From Dehalococcoidia bacterium (GTDB lineage: Bacteria; Chloroflexota; Dehalococcoidia; UBA2979), in assembly GCA_965248675.1 (NCBI GenBank), contig CBDFJZ010000008.1, forward strand, positions 1,533,256 through 1,597,255: a stretch of 64,000 bases of DNA, written 5' to 3'. Below the pieces are notes generated by a model. That model was not told the origin of the DNA. It ran no database searches and was given only the letters and a program-made list of their open reading frames with translations. The position numbers and the translations under genes were made by a program. Shown here piece by piece: positions 19,136-29,500 of this stretch (its first letter is position 1; every line of letters begins with the position of its first letter).

Positions 19136-19548
19136 GGGCGCGAGGGAGCCCTTGCTTCAACCGCCTATGCTGACCGGGAACATCTCGGATAGGTGGAGGT
19201 ATCGGGACCTCCCTCCCGAGTTCCCATCCCAACAGCGTGTGCCTATCGGTACCGGAAGCGGCTCGTTCAAGAGGCCGCGTACAGCCTCCAACCTCCTCCG
19301 AGACGGAACACCCCGCCCGCCGGCCACCGAAGCTGGTGGCGGGGCGCGCGGTCCCCTGGCTTTGAGGGGTCCCGGGGACACCGTCCCCGGGCGAGGGTGT
19401 CGGGGGCGAGTGCCCCCGACGAACGAATCGACCTCCAGCGCCCGCGCGCAGCACTGCGCCAGCCGCCCACCTCGCCGATCGTGCGGTCACCTCCGGCGCG
19501 CCCAGTCGCGCCAGCGACGCCAAAACCCTTCGTCGCTTCGGCGGCCAC

Positions 19549-19596
19549 AACACCACAGCCGCCGCCGCTGCCGGGCGCAAAGCATCCTCCGAGCGG
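19549..19596. repeat. Direct repeat copy B
   Basis: acaccacagccgccgccgctgccgggcgcaaagcatcctccgagcgg compared with copy A acactgcgcagccgccgccggcgcgaagcgtcctccgagcgg. Confidence 0.6.
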
Positions 19597-19665
19597 AGCG
19601 GTGAGACCAGATCCGCGCGCTCTCGCCGTTCGAATCTCGTTGCGTCTTGTTTACGTGCGGAAAGG

Positions 19666-20481
19666 CTAGTTCGGCGTCGGCGCCGCCATGCCGATCTCGG
19701 CCGGCGCGGCGCCGAACTCCTCGAGCACGTCCTCGGTGTAGCGAATGCCGCCCGTCACGGCGCTGGGGTCGCCCGTCACGAGGGCCAACGCGGCCTCGGC
19801 GATGCGTTCGACGGGCTCCGAGCTGTCCAGCATCTCCTGGCTGTACGTGCGACCGAACATCTGCCCCGGCGTCGCCACGACCTTGTCCGGCGACAGCGCG
19901 TTCGCCGAGATCTTGTGCTCGTACATCTCTGCCGCCAGCCCGGTCGTGAACCGCTCGATCGCCGCCTTCGTCATCCCGTACACCGCGCCGTCAGCCGAGC
20001 TCTGGCCCGCCTTCGGGTGCAGCGCGGCGCGAGACGAGATGTTGAGCACGGAGCCGCCGCCGCGCTCGATCATCCCCGGCAGCGCGAGCTGGCAGAGGTG
20101 GAACGGCGCCTTCACGAGGATCTCGAACATCCGGTCGTAGTAGCGCTCGGAGAACTCGATCGTGCCGCCCGGCACCAGGATCGCCGCGTTGTTCACCAGC
20201 ACGTCCACCTGGCCGTAGGTGTCGAGCGCCGTCTGCACGAGCTGTTCGCGGTCCTCGGCCTTCTGGAGGTTCGCTGGGACGGCGGTTGCTTGGCCGCCGG
20301 CCGACTTGATCGCGTCGGCAACCGTGTTGACGGTGCCGGGGAGCCGTTCGTCGCGGACCTCGACGGTGCGCGCGGAGACGATCACCTTCGCGCCGTCGAT
20401 CGCGAACCGCCGCGCGATCGCCTCGCCGATGCCTCGTGACGAGCCGGTCACGATCGCTACTTTGCCGTCCAGGGCACCCAT
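19666..20481 (-). CDS. Short-chain dehydrogenase/reductase (SDR)
   Basis: GKVAIVTGSSRGIGEAIARRFA...NNAA...YGMTKAA (the TGxxxGxG, NNAG-like and YxxxK motifs). Confidence 0.9.
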   Translation of the reverse strand: MGALDGKVAIVTGSSRGIGEAIARRFAIDGAKVIVSARTVEVRDERLPGTVNTVADAIKSAGGQATAVPANLQKAEDREQLVQTALDTYGQVDVLVNNAAILVPGGTIEFSERYYDRMFEILVKAPFHLCQLALPGMIERGGGSVLNISSRAALHPKAGQSSADGAVYGMTKAAIERFTTGLAAEMYEHKISANALSPDKVVATPGQMFGRTYSQEMLDSSEPVERIAEAALALVTGDPSAVTGGIRYTEDVLEEFGAAPAEIGMAAPTPN

Positions 20482-20593
20482 GCTGCTCTCCCCTCAGAGT
20501 CGTTGTTCGGTCACGAACGGTAGCAGGCAGCGCCCGATCCCGATCCACGTCGACTGCCCCCCGCCTCATGGCGTGGTCTGGCGCCGGTTCGCG

Positions 20594-21589
20594 TCAACTC
20601 ACCGGCTGCACCGTCCACAGCGGCGACTGGCCGCTCGCCACCCGCGCCGCGTTGGTGACGGCGTTCTCCGCCGCGTTGTGCTCCGATTCGAGCGCCCGCG
20701 TGGCGAGGTGAGGCGTCACCACGACGTTCGCCATGTTCGGCAGCGGATTGTCTTCGGCGATCGGCTCCACCTCGGTCACGTCCAGCCCGGCGCCGAAGAT
20801 CTCGCCGCCCTCGAGCGCCCGGATCAGCGCCGTCTCGTCCACCACCGAGCCACGACAGGTGTTGACGAGGATCGCCGTCGGCTTCATTGACGCGAACTCG
20901 CGATCCGACACCAAGTGCCGCGTGCTGCTGTCCAGCGGCACGTGCAGCGTCACGATGTCCGAGCTCGAGAGCAGCTCCTCGAGCGGTACCCGCCTCGCCC
21001 CGGCGGCCTGCACGTACTCGTCGTCGAAGTCGACGACGTCGGCGTAGACCAGCTCGCACTCCCAGCCCGCGAGCCGCTTTGCGACGCGCGAGCCGATCCG
21101 CCCGAGGCCGACGATCCCGACGCGCTTCCCGACGAGCGTGTGGTATTCGCCCCGATTGCCGTCGACGCCCGCCATCCAGGTCCCGGCCTTCGCGCTGTCG
21201 ATCTGCACGTCGAATTTGCGGTTGACCGCGAACATTAGCGCGATCGCGTGCTCGGCCACCGCCACGGCGTTCGCGCCACCGTTGTTCGACACGTCGACGC
21301 CCAGATCTGCGAGCGCCGCGATGTTGAGGTAATCGGTGCCCGCGGAGAAGGTCTGGATCAGCCGCAGGTTCGGCAGCTTCGCGACGACCTCGGGTGTCAA
21401 CAGGCGCGAACCGGCGGGGAGGATCGCGATCGCATCCCCGCACGCCTCGATCACTTCGCGCTCCGGTAGCTCGCTGCTCACGAAGCGGAGGTCGAGGCCG
21501 CCCAGCCGGTCGGCGACCGCCTGACACTCGCCCATCCGGATCTTCGCGCCCGGGTTCTCGCGGCCGAGCATCACGACGACGCTGGACAT
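20594..21589 (-). CDS. D-isomer-specific 2-hydroxyacid dehydrogenase
   Basis: GKRVGIVGLGRIGSRVAKRL...LLSSSDIVTLHVPL...LVNTCRG..VDE.AL..AL. Confidence 0.85.
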   Translation of the reverse strand: MSSVVVMLGRENPGAKIRMGECQAVADRLGGLDLRFVSSELPEREVIEACGDAIAILPAGSRLLTPEVVAKLPNLRLIQTFSAGTDYLNIAALADLGVDVSNNGGANAVAVAEHAIALMFAVNRKFDVQIDSAKAGTWMAGVDGNRGEYHTLVGKRVGIVGLGRIGSRVAKRLAGWECELVYADVVDFDDEYVQAAGARRVPLEELLSSSDIVTLHVPLDSSTRHLVSDREFASMKPTAILVNTCRGSVVDETALIRALEGGEIFGAGLDVTEVEPIAEDNPLPNMANVVVTPHLATRALESEHNAAENAVTNAARVASGQSPLWTVQPVS

Positions 21590-21627
21590 GGAGAGGCTCC
21601 TTCTCGATCAGGCCGTCGTTCGCCGCG

Positions 21628-22812
21628 TCACGCGGTCACAGGCGAGCCGCTACGCGCCTCCGCAGTCCGGAACGCCGGCATCACCGCGCTCGCGAACAAC
21701 TCGAGCTGCTCGATGATCACCCGCTCTGGCGTCCCCATGCTCGCCTGCACGTTCACCATCTCCATCCCTGGACAGGCATCCGCGAGCTCCTCGAGGTACT
21801 CGACGAAGCCCTCGGGCGGCCCGCAGTACCAGCTCCGGCTCTCGCACGCCTCCTCGAGGCCAGGAATGCCTGCCTCTGCCCAACCGCCTCGCTGGGCGAC
21901 CGCATCCAGCTGTTCGTCGCTCAGACCTCGGAAGAAGCCGAGCGGCGCGAACATCTTGATGTGTTCCTCGTAGAAGGGCGTCGCCTCCTTGATCGCCTGC
22001 TCCTTCGTGTCGGCGATGTGGAAGTTGACGCCGATCGCCAGCCCCGTGCCCAGCTCCGCCTCGACCCCGGCGCGCGCGAGTGCGTCGCGGTACGCCGCGA
22101 CCGGCCCCTCCGACATCAGCGCCGAGCCGCCGCCGACCACGCCCTTGATCCCGTGCTTGACCATGAAGTCGAGGCCGCGCTCGCTCGCACTCACGATCGG
22201 TTGCCAGCACTCCACCGGGTGCGTCGGCCGCGGCACCAACGACAGCTCCTCCAGCTCGTACCCGCGGTACGGCACCCGCGGCGGCAGGTCGTAGTGCTTG
22301 CCGTGGTGCGAGAATGACTCGTTCTTGAAGGCCTTGAAGATGATCTCGGTCTGCTCTTCGAAGTAGTCGCGGTTCTCGTCCTGGTCGAGCATCGGCCCGC
22401 CCAGGCTCTCGACCTCCCGCGTGTGATACCCGCGGCCCAGCCCGAACACGATCCGCCCGTCGGTCAGGATGTCCGCCGTCGCATAGTCCTCGGCGAGCCG
22501 CAGCGGGTGCCACATCGGCGCGATGTTGAACCCGCAGCCGATCTTCAACCGCTCGGTCAGGTGCGCCAGGTGCACGCCCAGCATCAGCAGGTTGGGAATG
22601 ACCTCGTAGCCCTCGTGCTGGAAGTGATGCTCCGCTATCCACAGCGTGTCGTAGCCGTGCTCGTCCATGCAGCGCGCCATCGCTTCCGCCTTGTCGAACA
22701 CCGTCGCGAGGTGCTCGTTGGAAAAGCGGCGGTCGTTGACCGGCGTCGCGTCCTGCCCCATGTCTGGCAGGTCGACGTGCCCGGCGTAGAGGGAAGAGAA
22801 GCGCGTGATCAT
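21628..22812 (-). CDS. LLM-class (luciferase-like) flavin-dependent oxidoreductase
   Basis: YDTLWIAEHHFQHEGYEVIPNLLMLGVHLAHLTERLKIGCGFNIAPMWHPLRLAEDYATADILTDGRIVFGLGRGY. Confidence 0.85.
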   Translation of the reverse strand: MITRFSSLYAGHVDLPDMGQDATPVNDRRFSNEHLATVFDKAEAMARCMDEHGYDTLWIAEHHFQHEGYEVIPNLLMLGVHLAHLTERLKIGCGFNIAPMWHPLRLAEDYATADILTDGRIVFGLGRGYHTREVESLGGPMLDQDENRDYFEEQTEIIFKAFKNESFSHHGKHYDLPPRVPYRGYELEELSLVPRPTHPVECWQPIVSASERGLDFMVKHGIKGVVGGGSALMSEGPVAAYRDALARAGVEAELGTGLAIGVNFHIADTKEQAIKEATPFYEEHIKMFAPLGFFRGLSDEQLDAVAQRGGWAEAGIPGLEEACESRSWYCGPPEGFVEYLEELADACPGMEMVNVQASMGTPERVIIEQLELFASAVMPAFRTAEARSGSPVTA

Positions 22813-22937
22813 GGGGACCTCCTGGGAGCGCGGCAGCGACTCGTCGCGCCGCGCGCACAGTAACAGGCGGGTGAGGGCGCGGTCAGTTGGTTTCGAGCAG
22901 CGAGCGGACGCACAGGTGTACGCGCGTCGTCCTCGAA

Positions 22938-23711
22938 TCAGGAGGTCGTAGCGGAGGTTTCACCCATGTCGCTGAGCACAGGTTCTACGTTGAGCGGGCT
23001 GATCAGGTCCCGGAATGTGTAGCCAGGTCTGCGCAAGAGCCGCCTGGCGGCGAGCGCGTCAGCGTGGGACGTTCGCATTTCCAGGGTCTTGAAATACCAA
23101 TAGACGGCGAACGACCACACGCCGGCTGTCTCGACCCAGAACACGACGGCTCCGAAGCCGCTCAACCAGGCGATCAGCCCGGCGAGCGTCGCGCTCCCGA
23201 TCATCAGCCCGCCGACGATCAGATAGAGCCGCCGGAAGCGGTCTCGGAGTCCCTCATCTGGTACGAGGTCGAGCGTGTCACCAGAACGCACGAGAGCAAC
23301 GTAGGCGAGGCAGATAAAGAACGTGATGGCGGATCCACCGTGCAGCCACGGCAGCGCGTCGGCGATGTCGGTCGAACGGTTGTCCGGCACCAGTGCAACG
23401 ATCACCAACGCGACTCCACCGATGTTGAGCGCCCAGTTCTCGAAGCCGCTGAATCCCTTGTACACGATCAGCAAGGCTGCAATGGCGATGACCGAGCCCA
23501 CGAACACGTCTCTCAACGCCCCGTCGCCCTTGTGGTAGTAAGCGCTGATGGACCCCTGCAGAGACAGATTATGGAACAGTTCGCCTCCCCACCAGAGAGC
23601 CAGCGGGAGAGCGAACGCCAGGACCATCAACCACATCCGGAGAGTGAAGTACGTCCCCCACCCGACGTTCCACAGATTATGTCGACCAAACGAGAATGGG
23701 TTCAAGTTCAT
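22938..23711 (-). CDS. Multi-pass membrane protein of unknown function
   Basis: From Met 23711: MNLNPFSFGRHNLWNVGWGTYFTLRMWLMVLAFALPLALWWGG..., with about 6 hydrophobic segments. The track ORF extends to 24095 through a Pro/Arg-rich stretch, so the start is uncertain. Confidence 0.5.
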   Translation of the reverse strand: MNLNPFSFGRHNLWNVGWGTYFTLRMWLMVLAFALPLALWWGGELFHNLSLQGSISAYYHKGDGALRDVFVGSVIAIAALLIVYKGFSGFENWALNIGGVALVIVALVPDNRSTDIADALPWLHGGSAITFFICLAYVALVRSGDTLDLVPDEGLRDRFRRLYLIVGGLMIGSATLAGLIAWLSGFGAVVFWVETAGVWSFAVYWYFKTLEMRTSHADALAARRLLRRPGYTFRDLISPLNVEPVLSDMGETSATTS

Positions 23712-24103
23712 GCTTGCCAGTCTCCCCGAGGGCAGCTCCTGCTCTCCAACCCGACGAGCGCTGAGCCGTAGCCCCCGGAACCGCTGAGTCTTACGCGAGG
23801 CGTCGTCGCCGGGATGATAACGAATGTAGTCAAGACGGAACGTTCCGATCGCGGGACTGATCCCGAGCGAAGCTCTCCTCGACGCCGTCGATCCGGGCCC
23901 AACGGCTGATCGCGGGATCGGTGTCGGTGATGTCGGCGGGGGTGTCGCCTTCGTGGGCGGTTGCGGCGTGGGGGAGTCGCTCATCGTGGGCCTGGATCGG
24001 CTCCAGGGGTGCGGGCGTGGCCGCCCGTCGATGGCGTTTCGTGAGCCCCCGGCCAACCCGGCCCGTGGCCGCCGATCCGAGGTGACGGCGCCCATGGGAG
24101 GAT

Positions 24104-26527
24104 CTAGCCCGGCGGCAGGTCCCCCGTAACCCCTGCCTCTACGAGGTCGTCGTACTCCTCACGCGTCACGCCCAGCTCCTCGTGGAACACCTCGAAGCTG
24201 TGCTCGCCCATATACGGAGAGTGGCGCACCAGAGGGATCGCGCGGCCGGAGAACCGCCACGGCGCGACCGCCATCGTGTCGAGGCCCGCCTCCGGGTGCT
24301 CCACCTCCGCCATGAACCCGCGGGCGACGAGCTGCGGCAGCGGGTCCTCGAGGACCTCCGCCAGCCGCATCACCGGCGCCGCGCAGCATCCGAGGGCGTT
24401 CAGCGCCCCAGTTGCCTCGCCGGCGTCCTGCTCCGCGCACCAGGCCTCGAGGATCGCGTCCAGCTCGTCCTCATGCCGCTTGCGCGCCGCCGCGCTCGCG
24501 AAACGCTCGTCCGAAACCAGCTCCGGCATGCCGAGGTGACCCGCCAACGCGCGCCACGCCTCCTCGCTCTCGGCTGCCAGGGCGAGCCAGCGGCCGTCGC
24601 GCGCGGCGTAGATGCCGTGCGGCGCGACGGCCGGATGCCGGTTGCCCATCGGCCCGCGGGTGTTTCCGTTCGCCGACCACTCGAGCACCGCGTCCCCGAG
24701 TTGGGCAGTCATCGCCTCGATCATCGAGAGGTCGATGTATTGCCCCTCGCCGCTGCGCGCACGGTGGTGTACTGCCGCGAGGATCGTCGACGCCAGGTAC
24801 ATCCCCCCGACTGGGTCCGGGATCAGGCCGCCAGTGTTCGCCGCCGGCCCGCCCTCGTAGCCGTGCAGCGAGGAGAGACCGGACATCGGCTCGATCGAGC
24901 CCCCGTTCGCCGGGTACTGCGCGTAGGGCCCGGTCGCGCCGTACCCGGAGAGCGAGGCGAAGATCACATCCGGGCGCTGCTCGCGGAGCGTCTCGTAGGT
25001 CACGCCCCAGTGCGCCATCACGTGGGGGCTGAAGCTCTCGGCGAAGACGTCGAAGCGAGGCACCAGCCGCCAGAACAGTTCGGCCCCGCGCGGATCGCTC
25101 ATGTCGAGGGTGATCCCGCGCTTGTTGAGGTTGGTCCCGTTGAACAGCCCCATCACGTTCCAGGCGCGCTGGGTCCGCGCCGGATCGAGCATGTGCTCCG
25201 GCAGCGCCGCGTCGTACCCGCCGGAGTACGTGCGCCACACGTCCGGCCGCCGCCGCGCCTCGATCTGGACGACGTCGGCACCGAGGAGGGCGAGCAGCTC
25301 GGTCCCCAGCGGTCCCGACCACGCCTGCGTGAACGTCAGCACCCGCATCCCCGCCAGCGGCGCCTCGGCGGGAGCGGGCTTCGCCCCCGTCACCAGCGGC
25401 GCGGCCGCCGCGCGCGCGGGCGCCGGCTCACCCTCGCCATCCCCAAGGCCGGGCGCCGGCTGGTGCAGCCGCCACGGTGTCGCGCTCAGCGTCGCCGGGG
25501 CGCCCGGCATCCGCGCCGAGCGCCCATCGACCACCGTCTCCGCGAAGTACCCGCGCGCCTGGAGGTGCGGGTTCTCGAGGAGGTCGGCCGTGTCCTGCAA
25601 CACGCCGGACACGGAGCGGACCGTCGACAGCGCCTCGAACAGCTCCCAGCGCGGCATCTCCGCGACGCGTTCCGCGATCCGAGGCCGGATCGCGGTCAGG
25701 TGCTCGCGGCGTCGCACGGGATCGTCAAACCGGTCGTCGGCCAGCTCCGACAGGCCGAGCACGTGCATCGCGTCGGTCCAGAACAGACCCTGCCCGAACC
25801 CCGCCAGGATCGGGCCGTCGAGCGCCTCGAGGAACCCCGGGCCGTCGCGGTGGTGTACGTGTACCCGCGCCGTGTAGCCCTCGGGCCCCTCGTAGATCAC
25901 CGCCAGCGACCACGGCACCGAGCTGACGATCGCCGCCTCGAGCTCGCTCGCGTCCACGAGCGCGCCCTCGCCCGAGGTCGTGCGACGCACGACCGCGCCG
26001 GCGGCGCCGACGAAGGCGGCCACCCCGGCGATGTAGTCGAACTGGCGCGCTGGAAGCTGGAGTGGCGGCTCGCCCTCGAAGCCGCAGATGTCGGCCCAGC
26101 CGCTCAGCGCCGAGTGGGTGAGGCTATTCGCTGGCGCGCCGGCCAGCGGGCCGTCGAGGCCGAACGGCGTCACCGAGACGTGCACCGCGTCCGCCCGTTT
26201 CGCCTCGAGCGCGTAGCGCAGCGAGGGCGGCCATGGGACGGCCGTCGTCACGATCACGTCGGCCTCGGCAACGTGGCGCTCCAGCTCCGACGCGTCTCCT
26301 GGTGCGATCAACGATCGCTTGTTCGCGTTGACGTACGCGTGCACCAGCGAGCGATCGGGCCCCGGCACGTCGTCGAGGAACGGCGGTTCCGAGCGCAACG
26401 GATGGCCCTCGGGCGGTTCGAGCAGCAGCACGTCGGCCCCGTAGTCGCCGAACAGCCGCGCGCAGTAGGCGCCCGACAGGCGGTCCGAGAGATCCAGGAC
26501 GCGCAGGTCCTCGAAGGCGCCGGACAT
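24104..26527 (-). CDS. Tandem-fused double family III CoA-transferase (807 aa)
   Basis: Two CaiB/BaiF modules in one ORF: MSGAFEDLRVLDLSDRLSGAYCARLFGDYGADVLLLEPPEG... and ...LAGMRVLTFTQAWSGPLGTELLALLGADVVQIEARRRPDVWR...IPDPVGG. Start Met 26527 lies 12 nt after the upstream stop. The track ORF 24104..26890 overlaps the carboxylase. Confidence 0.8.
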   Translation of the reverse strand: MSGAFEDLRVLDLSDRLSGAYCARLFGDYGADVLLLEPPEGHPLRSEPPFLDDVPGPDRSLVHAYVNANKRSLIAPGDASELERHVAEADVIVTTAVPWPPSLRYALEAKRADAVHVSVTPFGLDGPLAGAPANSLTHSALSGWADICGFEGEPPLQLPARQFDYIAGVAAFVGAAGAVVRRTTSGEGALVDASELEAAIVSSVPWSLAVIYEGPEGYTARVHVHHRDGPGFLEALDGPILAGFGQGLFWTDAMHVLGLSELADDRFDDPVRRREHLTAIRPRIAERVAEMPRWELFEALSTVRSVSGVLQDTADLLENPHLQARGYFAETVVDGRSARMPGAPATLSATPWRLHQPAPGLGDGEGEPAPARAAAAPLVTGAKPAPAEAPLAGMRVLTFTQAWSGPLGTELLALLGADVVQIEARRRPDVWRTYSGGYDAALPEHMLDPARTQRAWNVMGLFNGTNLNKRGITLDMSDPRGAELFWRLVPRFDVFAESFSPHVMAHWGVTYETLREQRPDVIFASLSGYGATGPYAQYPANGGSIEPMSGLSSLHGYEGGPAANTGGLIPDPVGGMYLASTILAAVHHRARSGEGQYIDLSMIEAMTAQLGDAVLEWSANGNTRGPMGNRHPAVAPHGIYAARDGRWLALAAESEEAWRALAGHLGMPELVSDERFASAAARKRHEDELDAILEAWCAEQDAGEATGALNALGCCAAPVMRLAEVLEDPLPQLVARGFMAEVEHPEAGLDTMAVAPWRFSGRAIPLVRHSPYMGEHSFEVFHEELGVTREEYDDLVEAGVTGDLPPG

Positions 26528-26538
26528 CACCAGATTCC

Positions 26539-29500
26539 CTACCAGGTCGGCACGCTGGGCCGGCGGCCACGCCGGATCGGCTCGGACTGTGCCGCCAGCA
26601 GGCCCTGGGTGATCCAGTGCCGCGTCTCCACCGGATCGATGACGGCGTCGATCTTGAACGTCGATGCGGCGTTGAGCGCGCCGCCTCGCTCGTAGGCCTG
26701 CTCGACCAGCCGTTCGTACTCCGCGGCGCGCTCGCCGATGTCCTCGATCGCCGCGAGCTGATCGCGGTTCGACAGGCGCACCGCCGCCTCGAGGTTCATC
26801 CCGCCAAACTCCGCCGTCGGCCAGGCGACGGTGAACGAGGGCGCCCGCTCGTTCCCGAACAGGATCGTGTTCGAGCCGAGGCCGTAGCACTTGCGCAACA
26901 CCACACTGAACCGTGGCGTCTTCACGTTCCCCAGCGTCACGATCAGGTTGCTCGTGCGACGCACCAGCGCCGTCTTCTCCGCCTCAGGCCCGATCATCAT
27001 CCCCGGCGTGTCCACGAGCGTGAGCAGCGGAATGTTCCAGGAATCGCAGATTTTGGCGAAACGCGCCGCTTTGTCGGATCCGAAACTTTCGATCGACCCA
27101 CCCAGGTGCTCGTTGTTGTTCGCGATCACCCCGACCGGGCGGCCCTCGACGCGGACCAGCGCGGTCACCATGCCGTGCCCGTACTCCGGGCGCAGCTCCA
27201 GCACTGACCCGCTGTCCGCCATCAGCTCGATCACGCTCCGCACGTCGTACGCGCTGAGCCGGTTCTCCGGGATCGCGTGGCGCAACAACCGCTGGTCGGC
27301 GCATTCCCAACTTTTCACGGATCCCTGGAAGTACGACAGATACCGCTTCGCCACCCCAATCGCCTCAGCTTCGCTCTTGACGAGGATGTCGACCGTGCCC
27401 GCCGGCACCTGCTCCGACATCGGGCCGATCTCCTCGGGCAGGTAGACGCCCATCCCGCCGCCCTCGATCACCGCCGGCCCGCCCATGCCGATGTTGGCGT
27501 CCTCGGTCGCGATGATCACGTCGCAGATCCCGAGGATCGCGGCGTTGCCGGCGAAGCAGCGGCCGGCCGTCACGCCGATGATCGGCACCGTCCCGCTCAG
27601 GCGCGCCATCAGCTCCCAGGTGCGGAACACCATCCCCGGCATCCCGTCGGTGTCACCGGAGCGGCCGCCCGCGCCCTCGGCGATGAAGATCAGCGGCAGC
27701 GCGAACTCCCCGGCGACCTCCATCATCCGGTCGGTCTTCGCGTGGCCTCGGATGCCCTGCGTGCCGGCGAAGACAGTGTCGTCGTACGAGATCACCGCCG
27801 TCCGCGCCCGCTTCTCGTCGAACAGGGTGCCGTTCACCGCACCGATCCCGGAGACCAGCCCGTCGGCCGGCGTCTTGCGCACCAGCTCCTCCAGCGTGCT
27901 GCGCCGGCTCTGCCCGGCGATCACGAGGTCGCCGTACTCGATCCACGTCCCCTCATCCACGAGGTCGGCGAGGTTCTCTCGCACCGTCCGCCGGTTCTTC
28001 GCGTGGCGCCGTTCGACCGCCTCGGGCCGGTTCTCGTCGAGCAGGAACGGCCGCCGGTCGAGCACCGCCTGCAGATCGGGGCGGATGTAATCGATCGCCG
28101 CTGGGGCCTCGCCGGCCTCCGCGGGGCCGCCGACGTCCGCCTCCTCGACGAAGGCCAGCGGGTGATCCTCGTAGACCGTATCGCCGACCGCGACGGCGAG
28201 CCGGCGCACGATGCCGCCCAGCGGCGAGCGCACGAGGTGCTCCATCTTCAGCGCGTCCATGACGCAGACGACCTGCCCCTCGCGGACCGTGTCGCCCTCG
28301 GCGACGAGGATCTCGCGGATCGTGCCCTGGATCGGTGCCCGCAGCGGCGCGGTGTTCGGCGGTCCGATTGGCTCCGGCTTGTCGCCGCGGGCGCCCATCG
28401 TCACCACGTCGGCGGCGTCGCCGGAGCGGTAGAAGTCCAGCCCCGCCAGCGGGTCGAGCGGTCCTTCGGGAGCGCGCGCCGGCTCCGAGGCTGTCGCGGT
28501 CAGCAGCTCCGCCGCGTGCACGTCGATCCAGCGCGTGTCGATCCGCCCCGCCGCGAAGTCGTCGTGCGCGATCACCGCGCGTAGGAACTCTAGGTTAGTC
28601 TCGGCGCCGGCGATGCGGAACGCCCCGAGCGCCAACGCCAGGCGCCTGACGGCGCTCCCGGAGTCCGCCGACGTCGAATGCGCGATCACCTTCGCCAGCA
28701 GCGAGTCGAACGCGGGGCTCGAGGCGTAGCCGGCGTATCCGTTCGTGTCGACGCGCGTGCCCGGCCCCGAGGGCGGCAGAAACACCGTCAGCGTCCCACC
28801 GGCCGGGCGCACGCCGCCGTCTGCCTCCATCCGTTCGAGATTCACGCGCGCCTGGATCGCGTACCCATGCGGCGCCGGCGTCTCATCTAGCCCAAGCGCG
28901 CCCAGCGTCTCGCTTCCGGCGATGCGCAGCTGCGCCTGGACGAGGTCGACGCCGGTCACCTCCTCGGTGACCGTGTGTTCGACCTGCAGCCGCGCGTTCG
29001 CCTCGATGAAGACGCAGTCGCCGCCGTCGAGGTCAACGAGGAACTCGAACGTGCCGAGGCCCTCGTAGCCGGCCGCTTCGGCGAGCCGCACGGCATACGC
29101 GGTGATCGCCTCGCGCACCTCGGCGCTCAGCCACGGACTGGGCGCGATCTCGATCAGCTTCTGGTGACGCCGTTGCACGCTGCACTCGCGCTCGCCAAGG
29201 TGACGCACCGCCCTCGCGCCGTCGGCGATGATCTGTACCTCCACGTGCCGTGCCCGCTCGATCAGCCGCTCCGCGTAGACGCTGTCGTTACCGAACGCGT
29301 TCAGCGCCTCGGACTGGCAGCGCGCCAGCGCCTCCTCGATCGCCGCCGCGTCGGTCACCACGCGCATGCCGCGCCCGCCGCCACCGCCGACCGCCTTGAG
29401 GATCATCGCGGCGCCGTCGCCCAGCCCCGCGAAGAAGGTACGTGCCTCGTCGAGGCCGACCGCGCCATCGCTCCCCGGCAGCACCGGCACGCCGTGCTCC

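Larger units (their letters stand above)
18836..19665. other. 830-bp non-coding, hairpin-dense region
   Basis: Only Arg/Pro-rich shadow ORFs are present. There is a nested hairpin at 19176..19225 and perfect 8-bp GC hairpins at 19371..19391 and 19399..19420. No RNase P, tmRNA or SRP signature strings were found by eye. Confidence 0.5.

Noticed and set aside
18836-19665. RNase P RNA, tmRNA or SRP RNA in the 830-bp gap.
   Set aside because: I searched both strands by eye. I found none of GAGGAAAGUCC / ACAGAA..CGGCUUA (RNase P), a tRNA-like ...UCCACCA 3' end with a tag ORF (tmRNA), or GGUCCGGAAGGAAGCAGCC (SRP). The region is kept as an unexplained feature instead.
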